A stretch of DNA of 64,000 bases. Source: Daphnia carinata. Taxonomy: Eukaryota. The position numbers and the translations under genes are program-made. Positions 13,701-30,443 of the stretch are shown here, in pieces (within the stretch, counting starts at the first letter, position 1; each line of letters opens with the position of its first letter). The notes below the pieces were generated by a model that worked only from the letters and a program-made list of their open reading frames with translations, was not told where the DNA came from and ran no database searches. The stretch spans positions 3,906,001 through 3,970,000 of the forward strand of contig NC_081333.1 of NCBI RefSeq assembly GCF_022539665.2. Direction: 5' to 3'.

Positions 13701-16700
13701 ACTTGATTTTCGTCGCTGGTTAGGATTTGCTGCGAGAAAGAGATCAACACATCGAGCAGCTGATGAAAGAGCGCGAAATGGAACGGAGTGAAGTGACCCG
13801 TGCAGCAGCCCAGGCCGATGAGGCCGAACACCAATTAGCCGTGCTCCAGCGTCGATACAATTTGGAAAAAGAGGAATTTACAGCCAAAATTGCCGAAGTG
13901 GAACGTTTGTTATTGGCAGCCGAATCGATTCGATCATCGCAAGGAGCCCAAATTGATGATCTGCAATTCCGGCTAGAGGAAGAAACTATTCTCCGTGGCG
14001 AAATTGAGGTATTTCATTGCATTAGTTAGAAAGATTTAATAAAAAATATATATTTTTTTTTTTTTTACTTCAGGCACAACAAAAAGGATTAGATGATAAA
14101 GAAAAGGAATGGGCTCGGCAGGTGGAACAGCTGGAAACTGAGGCACAACGTTGTTTTGAAGCAGAAGAATTGGCCGCGCGTTATAAGGATGAGTTGGATG
14201 CATTGCTAGCCAAAAGCCAGCAACAAGAGTCGTCCACCTCTGAGAACGATCAGTCAGATGGACGTATCCGGCAACTGGAGGCTTCTGTTCAGGTCAAAGA
14301 AAATGAGCTCACTCAACTCAAGGTAACTTTATAAATTTTTTTTTTGTCCTCCAATTTTGGAATTCGTGATCTTTTGTGGCTATTTATGGTGTTGGTACTG
14401 GAGAGCATAGTTTATTCATATATTCCGCCTGGCACGCCAACTGGCGATTCACACTTCATATATTGCTTATAGATTATTTGCTTCTTGTAAATATTTATGA
14501 GAACTTGGTCTCACACAATGACTGATTGATTAGAATTCCATGCAAGAACTGACGAAATCACTAGAGGCGGAGCAGGTCAAAAACAACGATACCGAAAAAC
14601 GTTTCCAGGCTTTGGAAGGAGAGCTACAAATCGCTAGGACGTTACTCAATGAGGCAAAGAATACCGTTGAAACGGAATGGAAGACCAAAGCGGAAATCCT
14701 TGAGCTCCAAAATGCTGAAAATCAAGAACAATTGGTCAAACTCAACGAAGAGAAAATGCAATTCGAAACGCGGCTGAACGAAGCCCAAGCCTTATTGAGT
14801 CGTTCGCAAGACGCCGACATCTCGGAATCTCATGAACTGAAAGCAAAACTTGAGGAAATGATACGTCAGTATGCCGCTAGCCAAGAGCAGGTATTAAAAT
14901 TGAATGAAGAAAAGAGCCAACTTGAATTACAGCTGACAGATTCTTTGGCGACATCGAATCAAACGAGGCATACTGTGGAAACGGAGGTGAACGAATTAAA
15001 GATGAAATTAGATGAGCTGGAACGACAAGCAGCCAAGAGTGAAGAGCAGCTTTTCAGCTTAGACGAGGAAAAAGTGCAGCTTGAATTACAATTGGCAAAT
15101 GCACAAGCGGCTATCGCTGAATCAGAAGAGGCTAAAAGAGCTGAGGTCGAATCGAATAAGCAAAAACTGGAAGAAATTACGAAACGAACTGAAACATTAG
15201 AACGCCTAGGAGCGGAAAGTAGTGAACGATTGAAACAGGTAGAAGAGGAAAAAATCAAACTCAATACAGAATTGGAAAAAGCTCTCTCATTACTGGAAGA
15301 ATTGAAAGAAACTTCCAAAACAGAAACAGATACGAGCAGGTTTGAATTTGAAGAACTGAAAGCTCAATATGATGCCCTGGAAGTTCAACGAACAGAAATT
15401 CAAATTCAATTGGCAAATGTTGAAAAAGAAAAAATTAAATCCGAAGACGAAAGGGTTAAACTTGATGCAGAATTGCAGTCTGTGAAAGTTTTGTTAGCCG
15501 AATCGAAAGGAACGGCCACAACTGAAATAGAAGCAACGAAGAATGAATTTGCAGAATTAAAAATTAAATATGGTACGCTAGAACGCCAACTGGAAGAAGT
15601 CAAGACGGAACTAGAAAATCTTCAACGAAAAAAAATTAAATCCGATGAGGAGAAAGCAAAACTGGAGGCAGAATTGAAAACCGTCCAACTTTCATTATCC
15701 GAGTACAAAGAAGCTATGAAAGTAGAGGCAGAAAAGAAACAAGTCGAATATGAAGATCTCAAAGGTAAATGTGAAAATTTGGAACGTCAGCATGCGGAAG
15801 TCAAAGTACAATTGTCCAATATTCAAGAAGAGAAGATTAAAATTGACGAAGAGAAATCACGACTTGATGCCGAACTACAAATGGCGCAGCTTTCATTATC
15901 AGAATCAATAAAAGCCACTACAACAGAAGCAGAAAAGAATAAATGTGCATTTGAAGAATTAAAAGCTCAGTGTGAAATCTTAAAACTCAAAGAATCAGAA
16001 ATGGAAATTCAACTGGCAAATCTAATAGAAGAAAAACGCAAATCGGAAATGGAACTGCAAAAAAAATATGAAGAGGAACATGAAATGTGGATAAAGAAAT
16101 TCGATGATTTGGAAAGACAGAAAGCGACAAATGAGCAGCGTCTGACCCAAATCGATGAGGAAAAATCACGTCTAGAAACGGAATTGTTGAGGTTATCCAG
16201 CAAATCCAGCGATACATCACAAGATCTAACCCGTCTTCATGGCGAATTGATGGTCGCCCGCCAAACATCAGCTGATTGGCAATCGCAAGCATCTAAACTG
16301 GAACTGGAAAAAACGAGTCTGGAGCAACTGAATTCTGCATTTTCTTCTGATCTTCAGAACAGCAAAAAAGAGATTACTGAACTCATTTCAGTTAAAACAG
16401 AAATCGAACTTCAATTGGCAAATCTGAAAGAAGAAAAGAATAAATCAGAAATGGCACTGCAAAAAGTATGCAAGGAAGAAGTTGAATCATGGAAACAGAA
16501 AGTCGACGATTTTGAAAAGCAAAAAACTACCAACGATCAGCGTCTTGCTCAACTCGATGAAGAAAAATCCCGTCTCGAATCTGAATTGTTGCAGCTGTCC
16601 AGCGTGTCTAGCAATACTTCTCAAGATTTGACTCGTCTTCGAGGCGAACTCGTGTCTGCCAACGAAACCTTGGTCGAATCACAATCTCAAGTGTCTAAAC

Positions 16701-19002
16701 TGGAACAGGAAAAATCAAGTCTCGAACAAATCAATGCCACTCTTTGTTCCGATCTCCAGAATCTAGAAGAGAGAATATCTGAACTGTCTTTAGCCAAAAT
16801 AGAACTCGAACGGCAAATAAAGGAAGAGAACCAAAGTCTGAAGGATTTCCAAGCCCAATATGAAAAGGATAAGTCAGAATGGGATCGGTTGAGTAAGGAA
16901 CTCCATGAAAACATGCAAAGTAAAACTAAGGAAATCACTACTCTAACTGCAGTCCTAGAACAATTAAAAACCCAACTTCAAAATGCTAATGAATCTTTGG
17001 TCGAAATGGAAGCTCAATCGCTGAATGAAAAATCTGAATGGGAAAAAACGAATAGCGCGTTAGTTTCCGATCTGACCAGCAAAGAGAAGCATGTCACCGA
17101 TCTAATTTCGGTTAATGAAAAATATGAAAGCGAATTGAATATTGCCAAAGAAGAGTGCAGTCGAATGAAGCAATTACTACAGAGCCTTGAAGCTCATCAA
17201 CAGGAATCTTTGGGTGGAATGGCTGAACTTCAAAAATCCATCGCCGTTCTAGAAGTAGAGAAATCAAATTGGCTGGCTGAGAAACTTCGACTGGAAGGAT
17301 CCATTGCCCAGTTTGAGACGCGGCTCTCCAGTTTATCAAATGAAAAGGAGAAATCTGATCGCACAATTCAGGAACGTGACAACCGATTGGCCAAGTTGAC
17401 GGAAGAGGTGACGCTCTTGCAACAGAAATTTACAGCTCATATTGCAGAACTGGAACAAAAGCTGAAGGAGAACCGGAAAACGGAAGAAACGGAACAGGAG
17501 CTACAGGCAGCGTTGGTTGAAGCCAGAGCTCGCGCAGACGAAATTCAAAGCGCTCTGGAGGAAAGTCAGAAAAATGAAAAAGAACTGCTGAAGGTACGCG
17601 AACAGCTGATTTCAGCCAACAAGTTGCACGAAGAGTTTGTCGAGCAAAATCAAAAAGAAAAGAACGAACTCAAGCAGCGCATGGAAGAACTCGCTGCTGC
17701 AAAAGAGTCTATGCAACTTCGAGAACTGAAGCTACAAGAAGAGCTAACTTTGTTAAAACGACAAGTTGATGAACAGACCAGTAGATTGAAGGGTCAGCTC
17801 GATGACACCAAGAAAGAAGCTGAGATTACTCTCCAGCTGTTCCAGGATTTGTAAGTATTAATTTGCCATTTTCTGTAACAATAAAATATTGAATACCATG
17901 TATTGCGGTTCAATTCCCGTTCATAGGGAAGATGCCAACAAACGGATCAAAGAGTTGCAATCCAATTTGGAGGAAAATGACCAAAAGCTGATAGAACTGC
18001 AGGAAGTATCTCTACAAGTCAAAAGTTTGGAGGACACACTTGCCCTTAAGACGATTGAGTTGAAGGAAGAGATGGAGGACCGTGACAAAGCTGAAGACAG
18101 AGTTCTGAGATTGACGGAATGCTTAGCCGTAAAAGAAAAAGAGCTCGAGGCCTTACGGCTGGAGGTAGCTTCACTTAATTTTCTTACGCTAGTCAATTCA
18201 AACTGAAAAAATATTTTTATTTTTCAAGGCTGTTAGCTTAAAGAAATCCACCACCGAAGTTTCACACCTGTTAACAGCATTTTCGACCGTAGACCGGGAA
18301 AAGAAGCAACTAGAAGCCAAAGTAGTGGAATTACAAGTGGCTGCTGCTGCGGCTTCTCGAGGTGCCGGAGCTGATGCCGCTGATACCGATGTTCGAATCA
18401 AGAAACTGATGGAGGATTACGAATACAAGGAACAAGAAATTAAGTTCCTCAATTCCGTGATTGTGGATATGCAAAGGAAAGTGGAGGATCTCAATGTCAA
18501 ACTAGAAATTAGCCAAGCAACGTTGTTAGGGCAGAATGTGCTGACACCAGAAAATAATCGGTGAGAGTTAGACTTTAAAATGCTATGATAACTTTCATTT
18601 GTTAGTAGGGTAATTATAAAAACTTTTTGTAACCAGGAATGGTGTTAAAAGTGAAGCCAAAGTCCCAAGATTGTTCTGTGACATTTGCGACCTGTTTGAT
18701 TTGCATGACACGGAAGATTGTCCTACGCAAGCATCCGAGGATTTCGAAATCTCGCCACCTTTCTTGAATCAACGACCTTCCGCCACCTTCAACCAAAATT
18801 CACCCAACCATAACCAACATTCACATCATGGAGGGACTAGGGGAGCTACGCGACCTTATTGTGATAATTGTGAAGGTAAAAGATTAGCATGCTCATAAAA
18901 TTTACTATTACCTATGACAGTTGCTGCATATAGTTTTTTTATACATTAAATTTAGTATTTGGCCATCAGACCAAGGACTGCATAGAAGAAGCAACCTTTT
19001 AA
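10729..19002 (+). CDS. CLIP1: CAP-Gly domain-containing linker protein (CLIP-190/CLIP-170/restin)
   Basis: Two CAP-Gly domains (GKNDG motifs), long coiled coil incl. ~3.3 kb exon, two zinc knuckles ([31 protein letters not shown]), C-terminal EEATF. Confidence 0.95.
13233..13280 (+). CDS. Putative alternative terminal exon of CLIP-190 ([15 protein letters not shown])
   Basis: Long polypyrimidine tract and AG at 13231-13232; phase 0 matches upstream donors at 12606 and 12849; TGA 13278-13280. Confidence 0.55.
   Translation, partial: GRYDEDGTADPDGCY
14675..16800 (+). repeat. Internal coding repeats in CLIP coiled-coil exon (53, 60, 67 and 134 aa units)
   Basis: 201 bp period (15431/15632/15833) and 402 bp period (15998/16400) visible in DNA and protein. 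Confidence 0.85.
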
Positions 19003-19239
19003 GTGGGGCAATTGTTTGTTTTTTGTTTTGTTTTTTGAACACTTGTTGTCATCCTATCGCAGGTGCCAATTTCTACAAATAGGTTTTTCTCCTCCACTTA
19101 CCTGTGCCTTCGCGTAACGGTGGTTCCTTCACCGAACAAGATCTGCTTTAATAAGAAATATATTAGCTACTCATAGATTTATGCAAAACCGTGTATTTAA
19201 ACGATGCTTCCATGTGTTTATTTGTGAATTATTAGTTTT

Positions 19240-20009
19240 CTATTCTAAGCCCTCTCGCTTTTCTCGTACGGCGTCCTACATAAAGAAATTTTTTATATTG
19301 TTATTATGCTGTTTGTTCTTAGACTTGAATACAAAAATATTACGCGAAATCGCTCTTCGAGAAGGGAGAGTTCTGAAATAAGATCTGTGATGGCATTCAT
19401 CAAAGCATCTTGAGGTGAATAGGAAGGGGAAGTCTGGATCCTCAAGATGAATTTGTGTTCCAGTGGATGAGGCTGCTTGTAGCCAGCAAACAACACATTA
19501 GGATCTTTCAGCAACTGGCTGCAAGTTGAGAAAGCAAATTTGAATTAAATTAAGCTAACATTATTAATAGAGGATTAAAACCAAAATGTTGATAACACAC
19601 TTTTTATCCAATTAAAATGTAACAACACAAACTTGACAACTAAATTTAACATACCACTATTTCCTAGTAATATCTACTGTAACGTGTAAACCACTACAAA
19701 TCATAAAAACAATGAATTGCCTGATGCTGCATGGGATTGGCGGGTTAACAAATTTCATACAAAAGAAAACAAATGTTCAAATGTGTTTTACCAACGAATC
19801 ATGTTTCCAAGAGTGTGGTCCTCCTTATTTACTGTGAAGATAGCTGCATTCGGAACTTTCGTGTCCTGTTCGACTACGATTCTAGAAAAAAGATTGCACT
19901 TCGTGAATGTTAAGCCACCTTACTGAAATATTTCTTAATTTAAATGAAACACAAACTTTTTTTCTCCTTCAAACAGAAGAAATGATTCGAATGACGGAGG
20001 TGCATTCAT
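19240..20009 (-). CDS. POLR2J: RNA polymerase II subunit RPB11
   Basis: [58 protein letters not shown]. Confidence 0.97.
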
Positions 20010-20303
20010 TTTCGACTTTCCGGTAAAATAACAAACATTTGTCTACGAGGCAACGATTGACAGTTTAATCTAAGAATGCAGCATTGCATTGCGCATTGTT
20101 TGCAATTGCAATATTCAAACTATTTTGGGAGCTAAGAATTTACTCTCCTAAATTAAATAAAAAACTATTAATAGTAATTTCCGAAAAAAGCTATATTTTA
20201 TGGAAAGAAAATATAGTAGCTAATCATTACTTTCATTTTGGGTTCACAGGGCGAGTGTTGCTGCTTAAATTGGCAGATCAAGATCGGGATTTTATCTTAG
20301 AAA

Positions 20304-22194
<1,891 letters not shown>

Positions 22195-23586
22195 AGCTCC
22201 CCCAGATTTATTATATGTTTCCTGTGCTATCAAGGTACTTGCGAGGGATAAAAAGGATGAAAAGGAGGACGAGTCGGCCAAGGCCAAGGCCGCGATGAGT
22301 GTTGACGATTCAATTTTTGAATGGCATTGGGCTTTCTTGTTATCATTATTACTACTTCCATTCTCTTAGTTCATGTTTTCAAGTCCAATTGCGCGTGTTC
22401 TGTGTGCGTGTGTTTTTTCTCTTTCCGATTGTCTTTTCTATTTCATTTACTAAAGATATCACGTCCAATTGTTGCATTCCGTTGTCCCTAGCTGTCCTTG
22501 GCCTTCATCCGCTCAGTTCCGATTTAGCCTAATTTTAAGCCTATCAATGTTCATAGAATCCCTTTGTCTACAGGGTAAGCACACACATCTACACCTGATT
22601 TAAGTTTTGATTGTTTCGCTCTTACTTCATTTCCTCACCCTCACCCCAATTATCTGTCGACAGAATCCGAAGTGATATATGTCCTTACCTGCGCTCCTTT
22701 ATAATATGTGTACAGTACAGTTCAACGCAGACGCACTTTCCGCCTCTCCCAAACCCCCCTTCGCTCTGCCCCACCTTTCTTCTTTACACCCGGGGGTTCG
22801 ACGATTTTCACCTCAGTGTTTTCCTGCATTCATGCCTCTTGATGATTACCACAAGGTTATTGTGTATTACTTGGTTTCGTGTGTCCGGCCGCTGTCATTT
22901 TGCTTACGTCAACCAGGTTAATGAATTTGTTTTCACCGCACCCACTATCCTCCGCGTCCTCCCACATTTTTCCGCCCTCGCCTCGTTGAAAAATTTGGCC
23001 AAAAAGAAAAAAAAAAGACACAAAAAAAAACAAGTCGTTTTCATTGCTGTATTGTGCGTGGCGGCAATAATACAGTGGATTAATGTATATAAATGTTAAA
23101 CATTCAGTTACCGCAATTCCAACAGGGGACGGCTGTGCGGTATCGTTATATAGTGTGTGCAGAACAATTGTAACATCCAACATAATTACTTTAGAAAAAA
23201 AGACAGCAGACACTGATTACCGGGATTCGGAATGCTTATACAGAATGAAGAGATATAGTTCGCATTTTCTGGAATAAAACCCAACATTGAATTGATTCCC
23301 CACAACCCGTTTCTGAGAATTTGTAAAATATCTAGGACACATCTAAAACAACAGCGACAAGATTATCCTACCAGCAAAATCGCCGGCCGTTTAGCAATCT
23401 AAAAACTTTGATTTTGTGCATGTAGACTCTGTAAACTAGAGAAAATAAAGGCCCAAAAAAAAAGAAAAAAGCTGGGGAGCTCTGGATCTTTACCATCAAA
23501 CTACAAACTTAGAATGACACCTGGAAAAACATCAAGGCGAAGTCGTGCGGTACCTTTCCTCGTCGACTGGAGAGACCCTTCACCCA

Positions 23587-25113
23587 TTACTTCCAAACTT
23601 TGGAGAAAAGCTCCATGAAGGAATCGTAAATCATGAAAGTAATGGCCACATCCAGGCAGACGCGGCTCATTCGTGGAATGGTTCCCTTGTAAAAACTACC
23701 AATCATGAAGAGGTATAAATATTTAATCCTTTTGAGAGAATATTTTTGTAGTAAACTTACGCTTTAGGACCTTCTTTCTTCCAAATTTGAACAAAGCAAT
23801 CCATGGTATTTTTGTACTTGGAAGCCTCGAGACCCTGCAAAAGGTGCTGTTCACTGATTTGAATATACTTGATGAATAGCCTTATTCAACCTGCATACGG
23901 GTTTTCACGACATCGATCGGAGTATTGCCGAATACGGATGCGGCACCAGCGACGGCACCGAAGGCACCTACAACGAGTTTTGGTACAGACTTCTTAGAAT
24001 CTCCTCCACGATACCAATCTTTACAGGTTTCCATCACGAAAAAGCGGATGGCTTGATTGGACCCTTGCTTCATGATAGTGGCCGTAAGACCTTGATACGT
24101 CCCTCTTATTCCTATTATCGGATGTCAATGGAGATAAAACTCTTTGTGAATCTTATCTAGGTTTATGCAACTACTATTTACCTTCATTCTTGATGATGGT
24201 TCGTACGCCATGAAAGAAACCTTTGAACTGGGGTTTGGCAGATCGTTGATCGTTGATGAATTTGACCTTTACGGTCTCCATGGGCGTTACAGCGAAAATA
24301 GCTTCTGCTACGCCAGCGCCTAAACCACACAGAAGCCGCTGACCAGCTGTCAAGTTTCCGTTGGCATCGACACTGCGCTTTTTAAGTTCTTCAAAAGCTC
24401 CAAATCTAAACCAATAATTTATTGTGAGAAAAGGAATCCAAGCAGCAAAGACTTATTCTTTTACCTAACGGCAGATTTAGGGATAGAGCCATAGAGGAGG
24501 ACAGACAATCCACGATAAAGTCCCAAAACTCCATGTCCGCGGACCGTTTTCTTGACACAATCGATAATACCATCATATTGCCGCTTTCCACCTTTTTCAT
24601 CCAACTGCAGTTGAGTTTTAACAAACTCAGTTGGAAATGTGATACAGATTTCAATTCCACCAGTAATACCACCTATGAAAATTTGGAATGGAACAATATT
24701 AGCTGATAAGGCATATCTGGAGACAGAGGTATAGAAAGATTGCCATCCAATTATTTTTCTAATTTTTGACGTTGAAATTGTGCCTATTTCAATTATTGTA
24801 AAAGCACTTGAAGTACTTGGCTTGATGCCAAAATATGAATGCATGCAGATCCATATTAAATTAAAGGAATAGTTGTATCCGATAAATTCAATTGTAATAA
24901 CACTTTGAAACTCCCATATATAAGCTACCACCACTTGCTGAAATGTTTTTTACTTAAAGATTCATGCAAAATTTTGATTTTACCTGCAACAATGCCTTTT
25001 AATCCTTTATTTCCTTCCCCACCAGCCGCGGCTGCTCCAAGACTCATCATCCACGGTCTTCTTGGAAAAACAGATGGCCTACTAGCAATCACATCATTTC
25101 GTACACGGTCCAT
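23587..25113 (-). CDS. SLC25A1: Mitochondrial tricarboxylate (citrate) carrier
   Basis: [68 protein letters not shown]. Confidence 0.95.
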
Positions 25114-27023
25114 CTGTAACAGAGATTGAAACACCAAAGCAATGACGGTACGAGATTTCCAAACTTCGTATCCACAAAAGATGGAAACCTTTAATATGAG
25201 TAGAATTTGGTTTTCCCGTCACAGTATTTATTTCCTTTTCGGAGACACCTTCAAAACAATCAGTCAAAAACTCAAAAACAACAACTTTCGTTATCTTGGA
25301 TCCGATCAGCTGTTATATATATGACAGGCAGTTGGACATCGATGCCATCGGTACTGCGTTGCCAGCTTAATTCTTTGTACTGCTGAACCATGGTGTACTA
25401 GGGCTGAACTTCGACAAAAAAGTATAAAACAGTTGGAACTTTGGCAGACAAAAAGGTACTTTCTGTATAGTGAGACTCGCGATCAGGTGGTAGTCCAATC
25501 TTTTTTCTTTTACGTTTGTATTTTTGTTTCGTAAATCTTTATTCAACCAATCGCTTGTCTGCAACTGAGCTCTGTAGGTCTGAACTTGTCCAAGGAGGCG
25601 CGCTTCAGCTCACGTTTTTAAGTGTTTGATAACATTTACTCGGATTAGAGGTAAATACGAAGCTTATAGATCATTGTATAAATTGTTACAGTTTCTTTCT
25701 CGTGATACCATAAATGTGTTAGTAATGTTTATATGGAGCACTCCTTACATTGGGGAAGACCCAGTAAGAGCTTTTGGCAAAAGAAAAATTCGACAAAGCA
25801 TACGGTTGAATGGTCTTTTCGCAGATCATCCGGTATCTTTTTGAATTTACCCATGACAACTAAGTTATGCTAATGCCTGTAGTTAAGATCCGTGTCAGTT
25901 TTCAGGCCACTTTCTCATGGAAAATCCAAGTCAAAGTAGAATATGTCTGCTTCTTAGAATTTGCTAAAAAAGATTGCCTGATTTCTTTATAACTTCCGAT
26001 AGAGCATATTATTATAGTATGTAGTCCTTAATTTGATGTCGTGGTTTATAACTGCAGAGGTTTTTTTTACCTGAATTAAAAAGGCGAAAATAGTCTTTTT
26101 GTATAAAGAATACCGGTTAAATGTAAAGGCGGAGTAAGGGCATTGAACACCTAACTTTTTCACAGTATCTATGCTTGATTGGCAAACAAATGTTATCCTT
26201 CCGTTATCGTCCACTTCAGATAACTCCAGTCTAAAGTAGGTTGCTTATGTCGCAACTAATTAACTTCTGATAAAATTGTTCGTTTCAGGTTCTCAGCCTA
26301 CTTTAAGTCTATTTTTCTTCAACAAATTGGTTTCATCAATGGCTTTGTCGTCTTTAAGTTATTTATTATTTTTTACTTTCGTTAGTTTTTTGGAATATCG
26401 TTGTTATATAAAATTTGATAATTAAACCACATGAATTAGCGGGCCAACAGATGGTCCCAAGATAATCGATTCCAGGGGGCACTGCTTACTCCTATCCACA
26501 TTACTAGGGTGCCGTTTACGTGCGTTAAGTCTTTCTTGTCTGTTTGTTGACCTTGGGCAGGTCGAAAAGTATGGTTGTATGATTTGACAGTGCTGTAGGG
26601 TTATCTCGCCGAACGAATACCGTTAAACAAGAGTAGTTTAACCTTAGTTTCGGCATTTGGTGAATGTATATACGTAGTTGATACTTCATTCGTTTTGTGA
26701 ATAAATTTTAACGAATACTTTCATCTGATCTTACCGTTGTAAATCATTTGATGAGCCAACTCATTGCATAACGCGTTAGCTTTTCGTCTGTATTCTTCTC
26801 CAATTACCACCTGTTGATATTCGTCGTCAGGTTTGTGCTATCTGTGAACTTGCTCCTCTGATCTATGTATTAAAATGGTGCCCTTGTTGTTTTAATCACC
26901 TGTTGCTTTAATGAAGCATGGGTGTGATGTGTCCATGGTGTTATACACCTTCCAGTTTCTATGCTTTTGCGGCAGAACCATTTTTGAAACTTATACATAC
27001 ATCCCGTTGCAGATCAGACCAGA

Positions 27024-30013
27024 ATGGATGACATAGCAGCAGGAACAGGTGATGCAGCAGCAATGGCCGCAGCTTCTGCTCCAATGTTTGGGGTCCTAGA
27101 CATAGTTCTTCTTGCTGGGATGGCTGGGTTTGGGATCTATTGGGTATATTTTCGGGGCAGCTCCAAACCCCAGCCACCTCCAAGCAAAGGCTACACAATG
27201 CAGTAAGTTGCATAGAAGTAGTCTTTTTCATTTCAATTTCATAAAGTTTTTTATATTTGCATTCCAAAGGCCTACTTTGGTAGCTCCAAAAGCCAATGAC
27301 AGCAGTTTCATAGCAAAAATGAAAGCCTCTGGAAAAAACATTGTAGTATTCTATGGTAGTCAGACAGGGACAGCTGAAGAATTTGCACTACGCCTTGTGA
27401 AAGAAGCTGCTAGGTACGGCATGAAAGCATTATACCCAGCTGATCCAGAAGAGTGTGAAATGGTATTCAATAATTGCTATGCAATTATGATCTCTTTATT
27501 TTTATAGTTACCATTCTGTGATTTCAGGAAGAGCTTTCCAAGTTGAGTGAAATCAATAATTCTTTAGTTATATTTTGCATGGCGACATACGGTGAAGGTG
27601 ATCCCACGGATAATGCAAGCGCCTTCTACGAATGGTTAAAGTCTGAAGAACCGGATCTGACCGGTGTTAACTATGCTGTATGATTCACTACCCGAAAATA
27701 GTATATCTATAATGGTGTAGTATCCAAATTTATTCTCGCCTTACAGGTATTTGGTCTCGGAAACAAGACCTATGAACATTTCAATGCAATGGGAAAATAT
27801 GTGGACAAACGTATGGAAGAATTAGGTGCAACACGGGTGGTAGAAGCCGGTGTAGGTGACGACGATGGGAAGTAATTGAATCAGCTAACACAACCTTTCT
27901 CAATTTATGCCTATTGATTTTCATTTTGAATGCCTAGTATGGAGGAAGATTTTCTAACATGGAAGGACACCCTTTGGCCCGCCGTTTTAGACTTTTTTGG
28001 CTTAGAAATGAATTTGCAAGAAATTTCCATGCGGCAGTATCGTCTTGAAATACCTGATGTCCCCTCCGAAAAACTATTTACCGGTGAAATTGCCCGGCTT
28101 CGTGCTTATCAGACACAGCGACCGTAATAATTTCAGATTTCCTGGCTATTCCTTGAGACACGAATTTAAACCTTTACTAATTAAATTTTTTCCAAAGGCC
28201 TTTTGATGCCAAAAATCCTTTCCTCTCTCAAGTAACTGCCTGGCGAGAATTGCACAAGGGAGGTGGACGCAGTTGTATGCACATTGAGTTAGATATTTCC
28301 AATTCCAAGTTGAGATATGACGCGGGTAAGTCTATTGATATACATTCCAATGAATGAACCCAGTAATATAGTGTTTCCTCGATAGGTGATCATGTGGCCG
28401 TGTATCCGGTGAACGATCCTGTCTTGGTCAATCGGTTCGGCGAGCTGTTGTCGGTCGATCTGGACACTCCAATATCCTTGGTCAATATCGACGGTAAATT
28501 TAGCTGTGAGAGCAAAGTCTAAAAGAAAAGTGAGAATAAAATAAATTCGTTAATATCACTTTCCCTTTATTTTCCCTGTAGATCAGTCGACGAAGAAGCA
28601 TCCGTTTCCTTGTCCGTGTACCTTTAGAACAGCTCTCTCCTATTACCTCGACATCACGTCCAATCCTCGTACGCACGTTTTGAAAGAACTGGCCGAACAC
28701 ACTACCAATTTTGAGGTATTATTTGAATTCATGATGCACACGATAAATTTTAATTTTACTGACACGATTCTTAATTATACAGGAAAAGCAGAAATTGTTA
28801 AAGATGACTAGTTCCAGCCCCGAGGGCAAGGAACTTTATCAGCAGTGGGTATTGCAAGACAACCGAAGCTTGTTGCATATTTTGGAAGATTTGCCGTCAT
28901 GCAAGCCGTCTTTGGATCTCGTCTGCGAGTTACTGACCCGTCTGCAATCGCGCTACTATTCCATCTCCTCTTCGTCCAAAGTACCCAATTTAGTCCATTA
29001 TTTTATAACACTGTTCCAGGCTTACTTGATTGAGTTCGAATTCTATTAGTTACATCCGGAGACCGTCCACATAACAGCCGTGCTCTTGAAATATACAACT
29101 CCAACCGGACGAATCAATAAAGGAGTAGCCACCACTTGGCTCGCCTCCAAGAAACCCCAACCGGACCAGCCACCCCATCAGGTTCCCGTATTCATTCGCA
29201 AGTCACAATTCCGGTATTTGGTTTTCAATTTTTACAACTTGTAAAAACCCGATTCTTTCTTCGTCTTATCTTGTTATTCAACTGTTGCACTGCAGATTAC
29301 CAGCGCGTCATCAAACTCCAATTATCATGATTGGTCCAGGAACAGGAGTGGCTCCTTTCCGTGGATTCATCCAGGAGCGTCTCAAAGTGAAACGAGAAGG
29401 TACCATTTGAATTTTTTTCTGCAGGCAGTCTTTACAATTATAGTAACTCTCTAAAATCAATTGTAAAGGCAAGCCGGTAGGTGATACTGTTCTGTTCTTT
29501 GGCTGTCGTAAAAAAAAGGAAGACTTCCTTTATGAGGAAGAGTTCGAAGAGAGTATCCAAGAAGGCCTACTCACGGTAAAATATATTATTATAATTTTTT
29601 TTTAGTTTGGTATATATGTTATCTTTTATAAATGTTTTATATTATTTTCATTTTTTTTCTGAATTTCCCACTTTCAGCTACATACTGCGTTCTCTCGAGA
29701 ACAGCCCGATAACAAAGTCTACGTTACGCACTTGCTCAAAGAACAAGGAGAATACATATGGCGCATTATCAGCGAGGAAAATGGCCACATCTACGTGTGC
29801 GGGTAAGTCAACTTGATCGAATTACTTATATGTCAATATCTAATCCTGGTGTTTGTCGGCTAACTCAGGGACGCGCGAAATATGGCACGTGATGTGCATG
29901 ACATCATTGTTGATATTTGCAGTAAATATGGGAAAATGTCAGCCAGCGAAGCTCAGGCCTTTGTCAAAAAGTTAGAAACTCAGCGTCGCTATTCGGCCGA
30001 CGTTTGGAGCTAG
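27024..30013 (+). CDS. POR: NADPH-cytochrome P450 reductase
   Basis: N-terminal [50 protein letters not shown]-terminal RYSADVWS*. Confidence 0.97.
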
Positions 30014-30443
30014 TCTACGTAGGGCATTATGTTAGTTAGTAGATATTTTTTGCTTAGGCTAAAATATTTTCTAAAATGGTCTTTTCTCAAATGTTTATTT
30101 TCTGCTATGAGACTTTAAAAAACCATGGGTAATTATTTAGACCCAAATATGTGTATTAATTTAGTACAATTTGCTATTTGGAATGTTCTACACCCAGGGT
30201 TATGGAAAAGAATTAGGTCTTAAATAAAACACTTGACTGGGTACAGTTTTGAATATTTTCCTGTATTTTAAGCATACTAGATCAAAACAACAGATTTCAA
30301 ATGATAACAAAGCAAAAACAAGCCATGGAGATTTCAAAAATAATATAACTGGCAAGAAACAGATCTCAAGTTCAGATTCTTAGTTTGCATTTGAAGAGTA
30401 ACAGGAATTAACCGAAAGCTTTTCCATGAACAATTGATTCATT

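Noticed and set aside
14959..18401. Minus-strand ORFs over CLIP exons
   Set aside because: Ser/Phe/Leu-rich antisense shadows of Glu/Lys coiled-coil codons
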